Source: Deltaproteobacteria bacterium (GTDB lineage: Bacteria > Myxococcota > Kuafuiibacteriia > Kuafuiibacteriales > Kuafuiibacteriaceae). From it: a stretch of DNA of 64,000 bases. Of the stretch, positions 46,234 to 55,626 are shown piece after piece. Position numbers and translations under genes: made by a program. The notes beneath the pieces were generated by a model, which worked only from the letters and a program-made list of their open reading frames with translations, made no database searches and had not been told where the DNA came from. Numbering within the stretch: the stretch's first letter is position 1; the number at the start of each line of letters is the position of its first letter. The stretch covers positions 128,001-192,000 of the forward strand of contig JAVJQW010000006.1 of NCBI GenBank assembly GCA_040218735.1, read 5' to 3'.

Positions 46234-48534
46234 TCAGTGGTGCAGGTCGATGGCCGAGAAGTCCGTTACGGTCTTGGCGTCGGGCTCGGTGATGTTCACG
46301 ACGAGTCCTGCCTTCACGTCATCGAGGTTGCTGAAGTCGATGCTCGAGCCGTTGAGGTCCACCTCGATGTCGAGGTGGTTGCCGAGCACCCAGTCGACGT
46401 CGGGGGAGGCCGGCAGCGCGATGTACTCCTCCGTCAGCTTGCCGTTCACGAGGGGCGGCCCGTTGAGGACGAGGTAGGGGTTGTCGATCGCCGTCTTCGG
46501 ATCGCCGTCGGCGGTGAGCTCCAGCGACATGACGATCTTCCCCGGCTCGAACTGCGCGGGGCAGTCGGGGCACAGTGGAACGATCGGCTGCGGACCCAGC
46601 GAGCCGATCGCGGTGCGCTCCGGGTGGCTCTCGAAGGGGCACTGCGCACCGCAGGCGGCCACGTCCTGCCAGGGGGCGGTGGCCGCCGCGTCGCCGCAGA
46701 CGATGCGCCCCGAAGTGTAGCTCGGGTTCCACGTGATGGGGCCGGGGCGCGACGGCGTGGTGCAGTCCGGCGCAAAGCCACACGCCTGCACCTCGGCGGC
46801 ACACGCGGCGAGCGTGCCGGCGGGGATGGGCTCGGTACCGACGATGTTCTGCGCGCAGGTGACCAGCGCCGGACAGCTCCGCAGCGCGTGGTCGAGGCGG
46901 TCGACGGCGAGCATGCGAACCGGGACGCCGGCGGCGGTCGGACGGCAGAGGTCACGCCCCGTCAGGTAGAGCACGCGGGCCAGCGCGAGGCGCGTCAGCG
47001 GCGCGTCGCCTTGCATGAGCCGCTGGTGTTGGGCGCGGGCGGCGGCGCCAGCAACGAGCGCGGCGCTCACGGAGCTCCCGGTGAATGCGCGGGGGAGGGC
47101 GTCGAGGTAGTCGTTCGTCCCGCCCGCGCCGCAGAGCGGATCCTTGGGCATCCCGTGGGCGGCCGAGTTGGCGGCGTAGACGTGTTGGCCCGGCGCGACG
47201 AGCGGCGGCTCTGCGCCGGGGATCGCGACACCCGTGGCGCGCAAGCGTTCGTCGACGGCGCCGACCGCGATCGCCGCGTGGGTGATCGTCGGATCGTTCA
47301 CGCGGCAGGTCGCTTCCTGGCTCCACTGCCCGGGGTAGTACAGCGCCGGGGTGTTCGGCGTCGCGCCACACGTCACGTGGAGGACGTTCGCCGGCGGCGT
47401 CGGGAACGTGCCGGCCGGGACGCGGACGGCGCGGTTGCCGGACGCGGCGCTGACGAAGACCGGACGCTGTCCGTCGCGATCCATCCGCGCGGCGACGTCG
47501 AGCATGTAACGAATGACTTCGCCGGCTGCGTTCTCGTGGCTGGTGCACGAACCTCCGACGCCGCTGATGCCCGCCGGCTGCGCGAGCTCGGGCGGGAAGC
47601 CGAGGCTCATCTGCAGGACGAGCGGGCGCGGCGGGCTGGTGTTCGTCCCGCCAAAGAGCGCGGCGTCGATGCCGATCGCGACGTCGGCCATCGTGCCCTG
47701 ACCGCCGGCGTCCAGCACCGCGATGTCCGTCATGCGGAGGCTGGGGCCGACCTGCCGCGCGAACGTCGCCATCCCGCGCCCGTGGACGTGGTGGTTCGTT
47801 CGGTTCGGGTGAAGGTCCGTCACCGAGGTGACGCCGAGGGAAGCGTGCAACGCCGCGCCGACGCCGGCGTCGATCAGCGCGAGGTCGACGAGCTCTTCGC
47901 TCGACGCCGGCGGCGATACGCCTTCGCTGGCGGGGAGGCCGATGTCCGTGAGGTGCCACGTCAGCATGTCGTGGGTGGGGACCGCCTGGGCGCTCGCGAC
48001 CGAGGCGTCACACTCGCGGCCGACGTAGAACTCGTCGTCGGCGAGGAGGCCGTTGCGGTCCGCGATCGTGCTTCGGATCTCTTCGACGGCGTCACACTGC
48101 CAGTCCGGCTGCACGGAGAGCGTCCCGGAGTTGTCCGAGAACCGAACGCGAAGGAAGCGGAGGTGGCCGTCGGCGCGCGCCGCCGGCCAGGCGCGCGCGG
48201 GCAGCACCGACTCGATCGCGACCGCGACCGGGCCGTTGAGACACGAGGGCTGATTCGGCGGGCAGAACCACTGGCTCGCGTGGCTGGCCAGGTAGCCCTC
48301 GAGGTCCGCGTTGCTCTGCGCGAGGAACGCGAGGTCTGGCCACACGTTGGCGAGGCCGACGGGGATCTCGACGAAGAAGCTGTCGGCCCGACAGGGGCGC
48401 GCCGCGGTGCGAACGCGCGAGGGTCGGGTGCGGGCGGAGTCGATCGTCTGGTCTCGTTGTTCTGGCGCCGGGGATGAGCAGGCGAGGGCGGCCAACGTGG
48501 CGGCCATCAGGGTGCGCTCGCGCGAAGTCTTCAT
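46234..48534 (-). CDS. S8 (subtilase) family serine protease, lipoprotein
   Basis: Lipobox ALAC; triad motifs LALIDAG, HGRGMA, TGSSVSAALVAG; oxyanion AASGN; many Cys; ATGA overlap with upstream gene. Confidence 0.8.
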   Translation of the reverse strand: MKTSRERTLMAATLAALACSSPAPEQRDQTIDSARTRPSRVRTAARPCRADSFFVEIPVGLANVWPDLAFLAQSNADLEGYLASHASQWFCPPNQPSCLNGPVAVAIESVLPARAWPAARADGHLRFLRVRFSDNSGTLSVQPDWQCDAVEEIRSTIADRNGLLADDEFYVGRECDASVASAQAVPTHDMLTWHLTDIGLPASEGVSPPASSEELVDLALIDAGVGAALHASLGVTSVTDLHPNRTNHHVHGRGMATFARQVGPSLRMTDIAVLDAGGQGTMADVAIGIDAALFGGTNTSPPRPLVLQMSLGFPPELAQPAGISGVGGSCTSHENAAGEVIRYMLDVAARMDRDGQRPVFVSAASGNRAVRVPAGTFPTPPANVLHVTCGATPNTPALYYPGQWSQEATCRVNDPTITHAAIAVGAVDERLRATGVAIPGAEPPLVAPGQHVYAANSAAHGMPKDPLCGAGGTNDYLDALPRAFTGSSVSAALVAGAAARAQHQRLMQGDAPLTRLALARVLYLTGRDLCRPTAAGVPVRMLAVDRLDHALRSCPALVTCAQNIVGTEPIPAGTLAACAAEVQACGFAPDCTTPSRPGPITWNPSYTSGRIVCGDAAATAPWQDVAACGAQCPFESHPERTAIGSLGPQPIVPLCPDCPAQFEPGKIVMSLELTADGDPKTAIDNPYLVLNGPPLVNGKLTEEYIALPASPDVDWVLGNHLDIEVDLNGSSIDFSNLDDVKAGLVVNITEPDAKTVTDFSAIDLHH

Positions 48535-49295
48535 GGGGTCTCCTCCTTGGGGGCTCGAGCTCGATAATCGAGTCGTGAGGTCAGCCACTGGTGTGGGCCG
48601 ATGGTGAGTGCATCGCGGGCACCGGAGTACGCCGCGGCGGCTTCGCCCTCGGGCGTGAGGGCGAAGTGGATGGTGCGTGTGCCGAAGTCGCGTCCGAGGA
48701 GCGCCTCGGCGTCGGCTTCGTAGCGGACGATGCCGGTCGCGCCGACGTCGTACGCGGGGTTCGCGATCTCGACGAGCTGTTCGGGCGCGCCGACGGGCGA
48801 GACGAACACCCGCAGCTGGACGGGAGCGTTCGGGGCCGTCGACGGTCGGAGCAACCAGCGGACGCGGCTCGTCGGCACGAAGACGTCACCGGGCGCCTCG
48901 TCGCCCCGCATCTGGACGACACCACCCAGCGGCGCGTTGAGCGCGTAGCTCGGGAGCGCGGACGTCGTGTCGGGCCGCGGCAAGAAGACGAAGAGCAGGG
49001 CGGCCGCCGCCACGGCGATCGTCGCGACCGCCGGCCAGCGTCGTGACCGTCTCTGCTTCAACGCCCCCTTGGCGAAGTCCGACAGCTCCGACGACACCGG
49101 CTCGCCGTAGTCCGAAGCCAGCGCGCGACACTCCGCGCACGTCGCGAGGTGCGCCTCGATCGGCTCGCGGCGGTCGTCGTCGACGCGGCCGCGCGCGTAG
49201 GCGACGAGGTCGCGGTCGTCGAGGTGCTCACCGTCGGTTTCGACGTCCGGAATCTCGCGCAGCATTCGATCGATCTCCTCGTCCTCGCGGCTCAC
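48531..49295 (-). CDS. zf-HC2 anti-sigma factor with TM and extracytoplasmic domain
   Basis: EAHLATCAECR (HxxxCxxC), single TM, beta-rich C-terminal domain; GTGA overlap with CHAT stop. Confidence 0.85.
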   Translation of the reverse strand: MSREDEEIDRMLREIPDVETDGEHLDDRDLVAYARGRVDDDRREPIEAHLATCAECRALASDYGEPVSSELSDFAKGALKQRRSRRWPAVATIAVAAAALLFVFLPRPDTTSALPSYALNAPLGGVVQMRGDEAPGDVFVPTSRVRWLLRPSTAPNAPVQLRVFVSPVGAPEQLVEIANPAYDVGATGIVRYEADAEALLGRDFGTRTIHFALTPEGEAAAAYSGARDALTIGPHQWLTSRLDYRARAPKEETP

Positions 49296-51943
49296 CGCCG
49301 GCCCCCCAACACGTAGAACGCGGACCAGGTGTCGTCGTTGGACGCCAGCGCCGCGCGTCGGAACGCATCGATGGGGGTCCTCGCACCCCCCGCGCCGTAG
49401 AAGCGCTCGACGAACGCGGCTGCGTCGTCGTCCGAGACGCGGCGGGTCGTCGCGACGACGGTTCGTGAGCCGCTCGCGATGAAGGCATCGGGGAGGCCGA
49501 TACGAATCGTCCGACCGAGCCGTCCGCTGCGCCCGGTCTCACATCCGCTGAGGACGACGCGCCGCGCGCGGGGGCGTCGCGCGAAGAGGTCCTCCACCGT
49601 GAGGCGCTCGTCGTTCGCCAACACGAGGTGTGCGTCCCAAGGGGTGGCGGCGTCGAGGACGCCGTGTCCGGCGAAGTGGAAGTGCGACGTGTTGGCGACT
49701 GCGTCCAGGACGCGCGCGCGCGTGGCGTCGCGTCCGAGGAGGAGCGCAGACGCTTCGAGGCGCTCTCCTACGCGCTCCGCCTCGCGGCGCGCGACGGGGA
49801 GGTTCGAAGCCGTGTCGCCGACGACGACGGCTGGGCCCGTGCCTTCCTCGGATTCGAGGACCAGCAGGCTGGGGAACGGGACGAACGCGATCGCGGTGGC
49901 GTCGAGCCAGCGCTTCGCTTCTGCACGGGTGCCGAGGACGCTCCACGGATCGTCGGCACCCATCGTCGCGACGAACAGGGTTCCGTTCTTTGCGTCCCAC
50001 CAGGGCGCGGTCGGTCGCGCGGTGAAGCGGCGGATCGTTCCGCGCGTGACGCCGAACCACACGGGGGTGTCGCCGTCTTCAAAGGGTACGAGCAGCGCGT
50101 CGTTCGAGCTCAGCGAAGCCTGGATGGGTTCGACGCTGTCGAGCGCCGTCGAGCCGAACGTGTTCTCGACGAACGCAAACGCGGCGTCGAAGACCTCCTC
50201 CAGCGCCTGGCGCTTCTTCGCGGTCTCAGCCCGAAACGCGGGGAGGTCCTTCGGGGCGACGAGCTCCTCCTCGCGGTTTCGTTTCTCGAGCGCCGCGCGT
50301 TGCTCGTCGTAGCGGTCGAGGCCGGCGCGCCACTTCAGGCGGTCCTCTTCGTCGAGGCTGTCGAGCATCGCGCGTCCGTAGAGCACGCGGTAGGTCTGCG
50401 CGCGCGAACGGTCGGCCGCGAGCACGGCGAGGTCGTTGCGGTCGTTCGCGGCGAAGGCCTCGACGGCGTCGGCGAAGAGCTGCCGTCGGTCGTCGATGAA
50501 CGTCGCGCGGTCCTTGGCGATCTCGGTTCGGCGCGTCACGGCTTCGAGGTGGTTCATCGCCTCGATGAAGTGCGCCGCCGACCGTTGGGGCTGCGCCCGC
50601 GCGAGGCCGTAGTGGGCGCGCCAGGTGAGGTCCGATGCGCGGCCTGCCGATTCGCGCGTCGCCCGCTCGAGCGCGCTCTCGTACGCACGGGCCGCGTCGT
50701 CGCTGCGCCCGTCGGCCAACGCGAGGTGACCGCGCATCAGGCGCGTGAGGACGACGACATCCTCGGGGAGGGAGGCGTCGGCCTCCATCGAAGCCAGGAG
50801 CGTTCGTGCGCCCGCGAGGTCGCCGCCTTGATAGCGCGCGTAGAGGAGGTTCGTCGCGGGGATGTAGGCGAGGTCTCGGCGCCCGGCGCTAACAAGAATG
50901 TCGCGAGCTCGCGCGAGCTCGCCTTGCACGCGGTTCCAGTCACGCTCGAACGCGCCCGCCGCCATGCCGCGGGAGAGCACCCAGCCGCGGTCGGCCGCGT
51001 ACGAGCCCTGTTCCGTTACCGAAGCGCCTTCGACCCAACGCTCCGCGCGCTGTAGCAGCGACCACGCTTCTTCGAAGCGCCCGACCTCCGCCAAAGCGAG
51101 GTAACGTGCAGCGACGACGTACCGAAGCGGTTCGACCAAGGCCGCCGCATCCGCGATCTCGATCGCCGCCTGCGTGACCTGGAGCGCCTGTCGGTACTGC
51201 CCCAGCTCCGCGAGCACCTGCCCGCGGTAATACGCAGCGAGCACGATCCCCACCTCGTCGCCGATCGCCTCCGAGCCCGCCGTCGCTCGGTCGAGCAACG
51301 CCAACGCCTCCGGGAACCGCCGCTCACGCAGTCGGTAGTACGCGAGCGTGCGCAGCGCGCGGTAACGCTCGCTCTGCCCTTCCCGTGCGGCGGCTTCCGC
51401 CCAGACCTCGATCGCCGCGTCGGTGTCCTCGGGTCGAACGCGTTGAACGAGCTTCACGCGGAGCTCGTTTGCTTCGACGCGGAGCATCCCCTCGAGCGCG
51501 CCGACGGTGTCGAGTCGAGCTTCGAGCTTCGCGAGCGCGGCAGGCGCGTCGGTCTCCATCAACGCCCACTCCTCGGCGAGCTCGGGCCACTGGCGGGACT
51601 CGGGGACCTTCTGCACCGACCACCGCTTCGCGCCGACGCTCAGCGTTCCGCTCTCGGTGATCGGCGCGAAGTACACCAGCACCCGCCCCGCGCGCGCCGC
51701 GGTGGCGGTCACGGAGAGGGGTTGCTCGCCGAGCCTCGCCGCGACGGGCACGTACGGGGCGGCCATCGAGACGTACGGCGCGTGGGCGTCGTCGAAGACG
51801 TGGGTGACCGCGCCCGCCCGCGCGCTCAGGATGCGCGCGCCGTGAAGCCGCAGATCGGCGGCCACCGGCTTCGCCGATTCCTCCGTACGCGGACACGCAA
51901 CTGCACACACCAACACGAGAATCCAGGCTCCTGAGCGGACCAC
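49292..51943 (-). CDS. TPR-CHAT caspase-family protease, predicted lipoprotein
   Basis: Lipobox CAVAC; TPR-like helices; HFHFAGHG and VVLSGCETG dyad; WSAFYVLG end; start GTG 51943 (alternative TTG 51949). Confidence 0.88.
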   Translation of the reverse strand: MVRSGAWILVLVCAVACPRTEESAKPVAADLRLHGARILSARAGAVTHVFDDAHAPYVSMAAPYVPVAARLGEQPLSVTATAARAGRVLVYFAPITESGTLSVGAKRWSVQKVPESRQWPELAEEWALMETDAPAALAKLEARLDTVGALEGMLRVEANELRVKLVQRVRPEDTDAAIEVWAEAAAREGQSERYRALRTLAYYRLRERRFPEALALLDRATAGSEAIGDEVGIVLAAYYRGQVLAELGQYRQALQVTQAAIEIADAAALVEPLRYVVAARYLALAEVGRFEEAWSLLQRAERWVEGASVTEQGSYAADRGWVLSRGMAAGAFERDWNRVQGELARARDILVSAGRRDLAYIPATNLLYARYQGGDLAGARTLLASMEADASLPEDVVVLTRLMRGHLALADGRSDDAARAYESALERATRESAGRASDLTWRAHYGLARAQPQRSAAHFIEAMNHLEAVTRRTEIAKDRATFIDDRRQLFADAVEAFAANDRNDLAVLAADRSRAQTYRVLYGRAMLDSLDEEDRLKWRAGLDRYDEQRAALEKRNREEELVAPKDLPAFRAETAKKRQALEEVFDAAFAFVENTFGSTALDSVEPIQASLSSNDALLVPFEDGDTPVWFGVTRGTIRRFTARPTAPWWDAKNGTLFVATMGADDPWSVLGTRAEAKRWLDATAIAFVPFPSLLVLESEEGTGPAVVVGDTASNLPVARREAERVGERLEASALLLGRDATRARVLDAVANTSHFHFAGHGVLDAATPWDAHLVLANDERLTVEDLFARRPRARRVVLSGCETGRSGRLGRTIRIGLPDAFIASGSRTVVATTRRVSDDDAAAFVERFYGAGGARTPIDAFRRAALASNDDTWSAFYVLGGRR

Positions 51944-51984
51944 CTCCAACCCGTGAGGGTGCAGGTTGCCTGCCAACCCCTTCC

Positions 51985-52012
51985 TAACCATTTCGGCGAA
52001 TCGCTTTTTTTT
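51985..52012 (-). promoter_or_regulatory. Candidate ECF promoter AAAAAA-N14-TGGTTA upstream of CHAT operon
   Basis: Same motif and spacing as at 45554-45579. Confidence 0.5.
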
Positions 52013-52102
52013 CCCGCCCCACATTTTCTCGCTAAGAGCGAGATACCCCGGTTGAGTGGCAGAATCTGCAAGAGTTCTGCGCTCGAGCGAGCGCAGGGGC
52101 GC

Positions 52103-53983
52103 CTACGACCCAAGGAGCGCCGTCTGGAGCTCGTGCGCGAGCCGCTCCTTGGAGAACGGCTTGGGGATGACGTGCACGGATGGGTCGAGCTTGCTCGCGT
52201 GCGTAAGTGTCTCGCTGGCGTATCCTGACATCAGCGCGACGGGGAGGTCGGGCCAGCGCTCGGCGATGCGTTGTTTGAGCTTGAGGCCGTCGACGCCGCG
52301 GGGGAGCACGACGTCGGTCAGGACCACGTCGAACCGCGCGGACTGGGGCGGCGTGCGTTCGAGGAGCTCGAGCGCTTCGATCCCGTCGCTGACCTCTTCG
52401 ACGCGGTAGCCGAGGCGCTCGATCAGCCGTCGAATCATGCGACGGACGGTCGGGTCGTCCTCGACGAGGAGGACACGCTCACCCTTGGGCATCGCCTCGA
52501 CCTCGACCCGCGGGAGCGCGACGTCGGAGTCCTCCACGCAGCGCGGGAAGTGAATGCGCACAGTCGTCCCGCGTCCGGCCTGGCTGTCGATCGCGACGAA
52601 CCCGCCGGACTGCTTCACGAACCCGTACACGGTACTCAGCCCGAGCCCGGTGCCGCCGTCTCCCTTCGTCGTGAAGAACGGCTCGATCGCTCGCTCGAGC
52701 ACCTCGGCCGTCATCCCCGCGCCATCGTCCGCGACCTCCAGGAGGATCCACTGGCCGAGCGGGAGCGACGGGTGCAGCGCGTCGAGGACGGGGACGTTTT
52801 GCGTGCGGATGTGCAGCGTGCCGGTCTCTTGAGTCATCGCGTCGCGTGCGTTGATCGCGACGTTGAGGAGCGCGCTCTGGAGCTGCCCCGTGTCGATGCG
52901 GCACTTCCACAGCGACGGGTCGAGATCGATCTCGACCTTCACCTGTTCGCCGAGCGTCCGCGTGAGGATCGTGCGCTCCTCCTCCACGAGTCGATTGATG
53001 TCGCACTTCGTCGGCGTGAGCGATTGGCGACGCGCGAACGCGAGGAGGTGGCGCGTAAGATCGGCCGCGCGCTGACTGGCGTCGCGGATCTGTTGCGCGG
53101 CGTCGGCCACGTCCTCGGGGTCGTTCGCGGCCGGATCGAGCATCTCGACCGCGGAGAGGATGATCATGAGGAGGTTGTTGAAGTCGTGCGCGATCCCGCC
53201 GGTGAGTTTGCCGAGCGCGTCCATCTTCTGAAGCTGGTGAAGTTGCTCCACGAGCTGAGTGCGTTCGCGTTCGATGCGTCGCGCCTGGGTGATGTCGGTC
53301 GATACGAGGGTGACCCGATCCACGGAGCTGCCGTGCATGATCGGACCGAGGCGCGTGGAGTAGAGGCGCTCGTCGGCGCCGAACCCGATGAACATCTCGT
53401 AGGCGGCGGGGGTGCCGGTCGCGAAGACGCCATCGATCGCGTCGCGCACCATCCGGACCTGATCCGGTCGAGCGTAGTCCAGGACGGACACGCCGATGAG
53501 GCTCTGCGGAGAGACGCCGGAGTGCGTGCGGCTGATGAAGCGGATGCGGTAGTCGCGGTCGACGACCGTGAAGATGTCCGGCGCGTTCGACAGCATCGCG
53601 CCGAGGAGGCGTTGGGTCGCATCGCGTTCGGCTTCGACGCGCTCGGTCTTCGTGACGTCGATACTGATGAAGCAGAACAGACGCCGAGCGCCACGCTCGT
53701 TAGGCACGGCGAACACCCAGTTGTGGTACGTCGCCCGCGGAGTCTCGCGCCCGACCGCTTCCGACTCGAAGAACTGCGGCGCCCCCATGGTCTGGGCGTT
53801 GTCGACGGTCGCTCGAAGGCGTTCGTGGTAGTCGGGGTCGATGTACTCCAACAAGGAGCGCCCCTCGACACCGACGCCGTCCCGATTCAAGAACACGATG
53901 TCGAAGTTCTCGTCGACGTACGCGATGAACTCCGGAGCGCGCATGACCTGCGCACGCCAGTCCTCATCGTTCAACCAGTCCAC
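52103..53983 (-). CDS. PAS-PAS hybrid sensor histidine kinase/receiver
   Basis: Two PAS domains; GGIAHDFNNLL H-box; N, G1 (DDGAGM), F (EPFFTTK), G2 (GTGLGL) boxes; receiver LLVEDD...LTDVVLP...KPF. Confidence 0.93.
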   Translation of the reverse strand: MDWLNDEDWRAQVMRAPEFIAYVDENFDIVFLNRDGVGVEGRSLLEYIDPDYHERLRATVDNAQTMGAPQFFESEAVGRETPRATYHNWVFAVPNERGARRLFCFISIDVTKTERVEAERDATQRLLGAMLSNAPDIFTVVDRDYRIRFISRTHSGVSPQSLIGVSVLDYARPDQVRMVRDAIDGVFATGTPAAYEMFIGFGADERLYSTRLGPIMHGSSVDRVTLVSTDITQARRIERERTQLVEQLHQLQKMDALGKLTGGIAHDFNNLLMIILSAVEMLDPAANDPEDVADAAQQIRDASQRAADLTRHLLAFARRQSLTPTKCDINRLVEEERTILTRTLGEQVKVEIDLDPSLWKCRIDTGQLQSALLNVAINARDAMTQETGTLHIRTQNVPVLDALHPSLPLGQWILLEVADDGAGMTAEVLERAIEPFFTTKGDGGTGLGLSTVYGFVKQSGGFVAIDSQAGRGTTVRIHFPRCVEDSDVALPRVEVEAMPKGERVLLVEDDPTVRRMIRRLIERLGYRVEEVSDGIEALELLERTPPQSARFDVVLTDVVLPRGVDGLKLKQRIAERWPDLPVALMSGYASETLTHASKLDPSVHVIPKPFSKERLAHELQTALLGS

Positions 53984-54091
53984 GTCGCGTAAACCCCGAA
54001 ACAGCGAGGTTACTCGAAGTCGAGCCGGCGTCGATAGATCCGTCGCGCGGATTCTGCGTTCATCGGCGCGTCTTGAATCGGGTCTACGGTC

Positions 54092-54691
54092 TCAGAGGCA
54101 GCGACCGGTCACGAAGTCACAAGCGGTGCCGGCGGGGCACGGGACCCCGGCGAGCTCGTTGAACAGGCAGCCGTACTGACACATGTTCTGTTCGCAGATC
54201 AGGATGGGGATCGGGAAGCCGATGTTGCAGTCCGTATCCGAGATGCACGGGTCGCCGACGTTGTCGGCGCCGCCGTCGATCGTGGGCTGACCTGCGTCGC
54301 GCGGGGGCGGGAAGCCAGCGTCGCGCGGCGGAGGGAAGCCGGCGTCGCGCGGGGGCGGGAAGCCGGCGTCGCGGGGCGGCGGGAAGCCGGCGTCACGAGG
54401 GAAGCCGGCGTCGCGACCGGGTGGGAATCCAGCGTCGCGTCCGGGCGTCACGCCGGAGTCGACGACGCCCGAGTCGGCCTCGGGCCCGGCGTCGCGGACC
54501 TCGCCCGTACACGCACACGCGCCGTAGACGCCGCCGGAGCAGGTCTGGGAGCCGCGGCGCCCGTCGTTGCAGGAGCACGCGGCGGTCTGACCGTCCACGC
54601 AGCCCGTGACGATGATGCCGCCTTCGCGACGCGTTTCTCCGCACGCCGTCGCGGTGACGGCGAGCAGCAGTGCGAAGAGAAGACGGCGCAT
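54092..54691 (-). CDS. Cys-rich lipoprotein with RDAGFPPP repeats
   Basis: Lipobox ATAC; Cys-rich ends; central low-complexity repeat. Confidence 0.8.
   Translation of the reverse strand: MRRLLFALLLAVTATACGETRREGGIIVTGCVDGQTAACSCNDGRRGSQTCSGGVYGACACTGEVRDAGPEADSGVVDSGVTPGRDAGFPPGRDAGFPRDAGFPPPRDAGFPPPRDAGFPPPRDAGFPPPRDAGQPTIDGGADNVGDPCISDTDCNIGFPIPILICEQNMCQYGCLFNELAGVPCPAGTACDFVTGRCL
54291..54441 (-). repeat. In-frame tandem repeat of about 24 bp (RDAGFPPP, about 6 units)
   Basis: Repeated gcgtcgcg...gggaagcc units; one shorter 18-bp unit. Confidence 0.85.
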
Positions 54692-54792
54692 CCTGACTCG
54701 TTCTTACGCTCTGCGCGCCCAAGGCTTCCTCGGCCGATCGTCGGAGGCGCCTCGCTTGACGCTCGGGCATCCGCGCTGAAACGAAGGGGGCG

Positions 54793-55626
54793 ATGAAGGG
54801 GAAGGTCTGCCTCGTGACGGGGGCGAATACGGGGATCGGCCGGGTGACGGCGCTCGAATTGGCGCGCCAGGGGGCCGAGGTCGTCCTGATGTGCCGATCC
54901 GAGGAGCGGACGGCCCCGGTCGTCGAGGCGATCCGAAACGAGACGGGCAACCAGGCCGTCTCGTTTCACGCGCTGGATTTGTCCTCGCTCGCGAAGGTGA
55001 AGGCGTCGGCGGAGGCGTACCTCGCGACCGACAAGCCGATCGACGTCCTGGTGAACAACGCGGGCGTCGCGGGGTGGCAGGGGACGACCGAGGACGGCTT
55101 CGAGGTGCACTTCGGCGTGAACCACCTCGGGCACTTCCTGCTGACGAACCTGCTGCTGGACCGCGTGAAGTCGTCCGCGCCGGCGCGCATCGTCCACGTC
55201 GCGAGCCAGGCGCACCAGCGTGCGACGCCGATCGACTACGACGCGATTCAGACCAAGACCAAGACGGTCACCGGGTTCCCGGAGTACCAGGTGTCGAAGC
55301 TCGCGAACGTGCTGTTCTCGGCGGAGCTTTCGCGGCGCCTCGAAGGGACGAACGTGAACAGCTACGCGCTCCACCCGGGCGTGGTCGCGTCGGACGTCTG
55401 GCGCAAGGTGCCGGCGCCGTTTCGGTGGATCATGAAGAAGTTCATGATCAGCAACGAGGACGGCGCGAAGACGACGCTGCACTGCGCGACGTCCGACGCC
55501 GCCGCGAACGAGACCGGCCTGTATTACGACGAGTGCAAGCCGAAGAAGGTGAACGCGATCGCGACGGACGCCGCGGCGAAGGAGCTGTGGGAGCGGAGCG
55601 AGGCCTTCGTCGCGGGGTTCCGTTAG
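54793..55626 (+). CDS. Short-chain dehydrogenase/reductase (retinol dehydrogenase-like)
   Basis: TGANTGIG, NNAG, FGVNHLGHF, YQVSK, LHPG. Confidence 0.92.
   Translation: MKGKVCLVTGANTGIGRVTALELARQGAEVVLMCRSEERTAPVVEAIRNETGNQAVSFHALDLSSLAKVKASAEAYLATDKPIDVLVNNAGVAGWQGTTEDGFEVHFGVNHLGHFLLTNLLLDRVKSSAPARIVHVASQAHQRATPIDYDAIQTKTKTVTGFPEYQVSKLANVLFSAELSRRLEGTNVNSYALHPGVVASDVWRKVPAPFRWIMKKFMISNEDGAKTTLHCATSDAAANETGLYYDECKPKKVNAIATDAAAKELWERSEAFVAGFR

Noticed and set aside
52103-53983. Hybrid kinase as part of the CHAT/ECF cassette
   Set aside because: Co-oriented but separated by about 160 nt containing its own candidate promoter; generic architecture with no evidence of linkage
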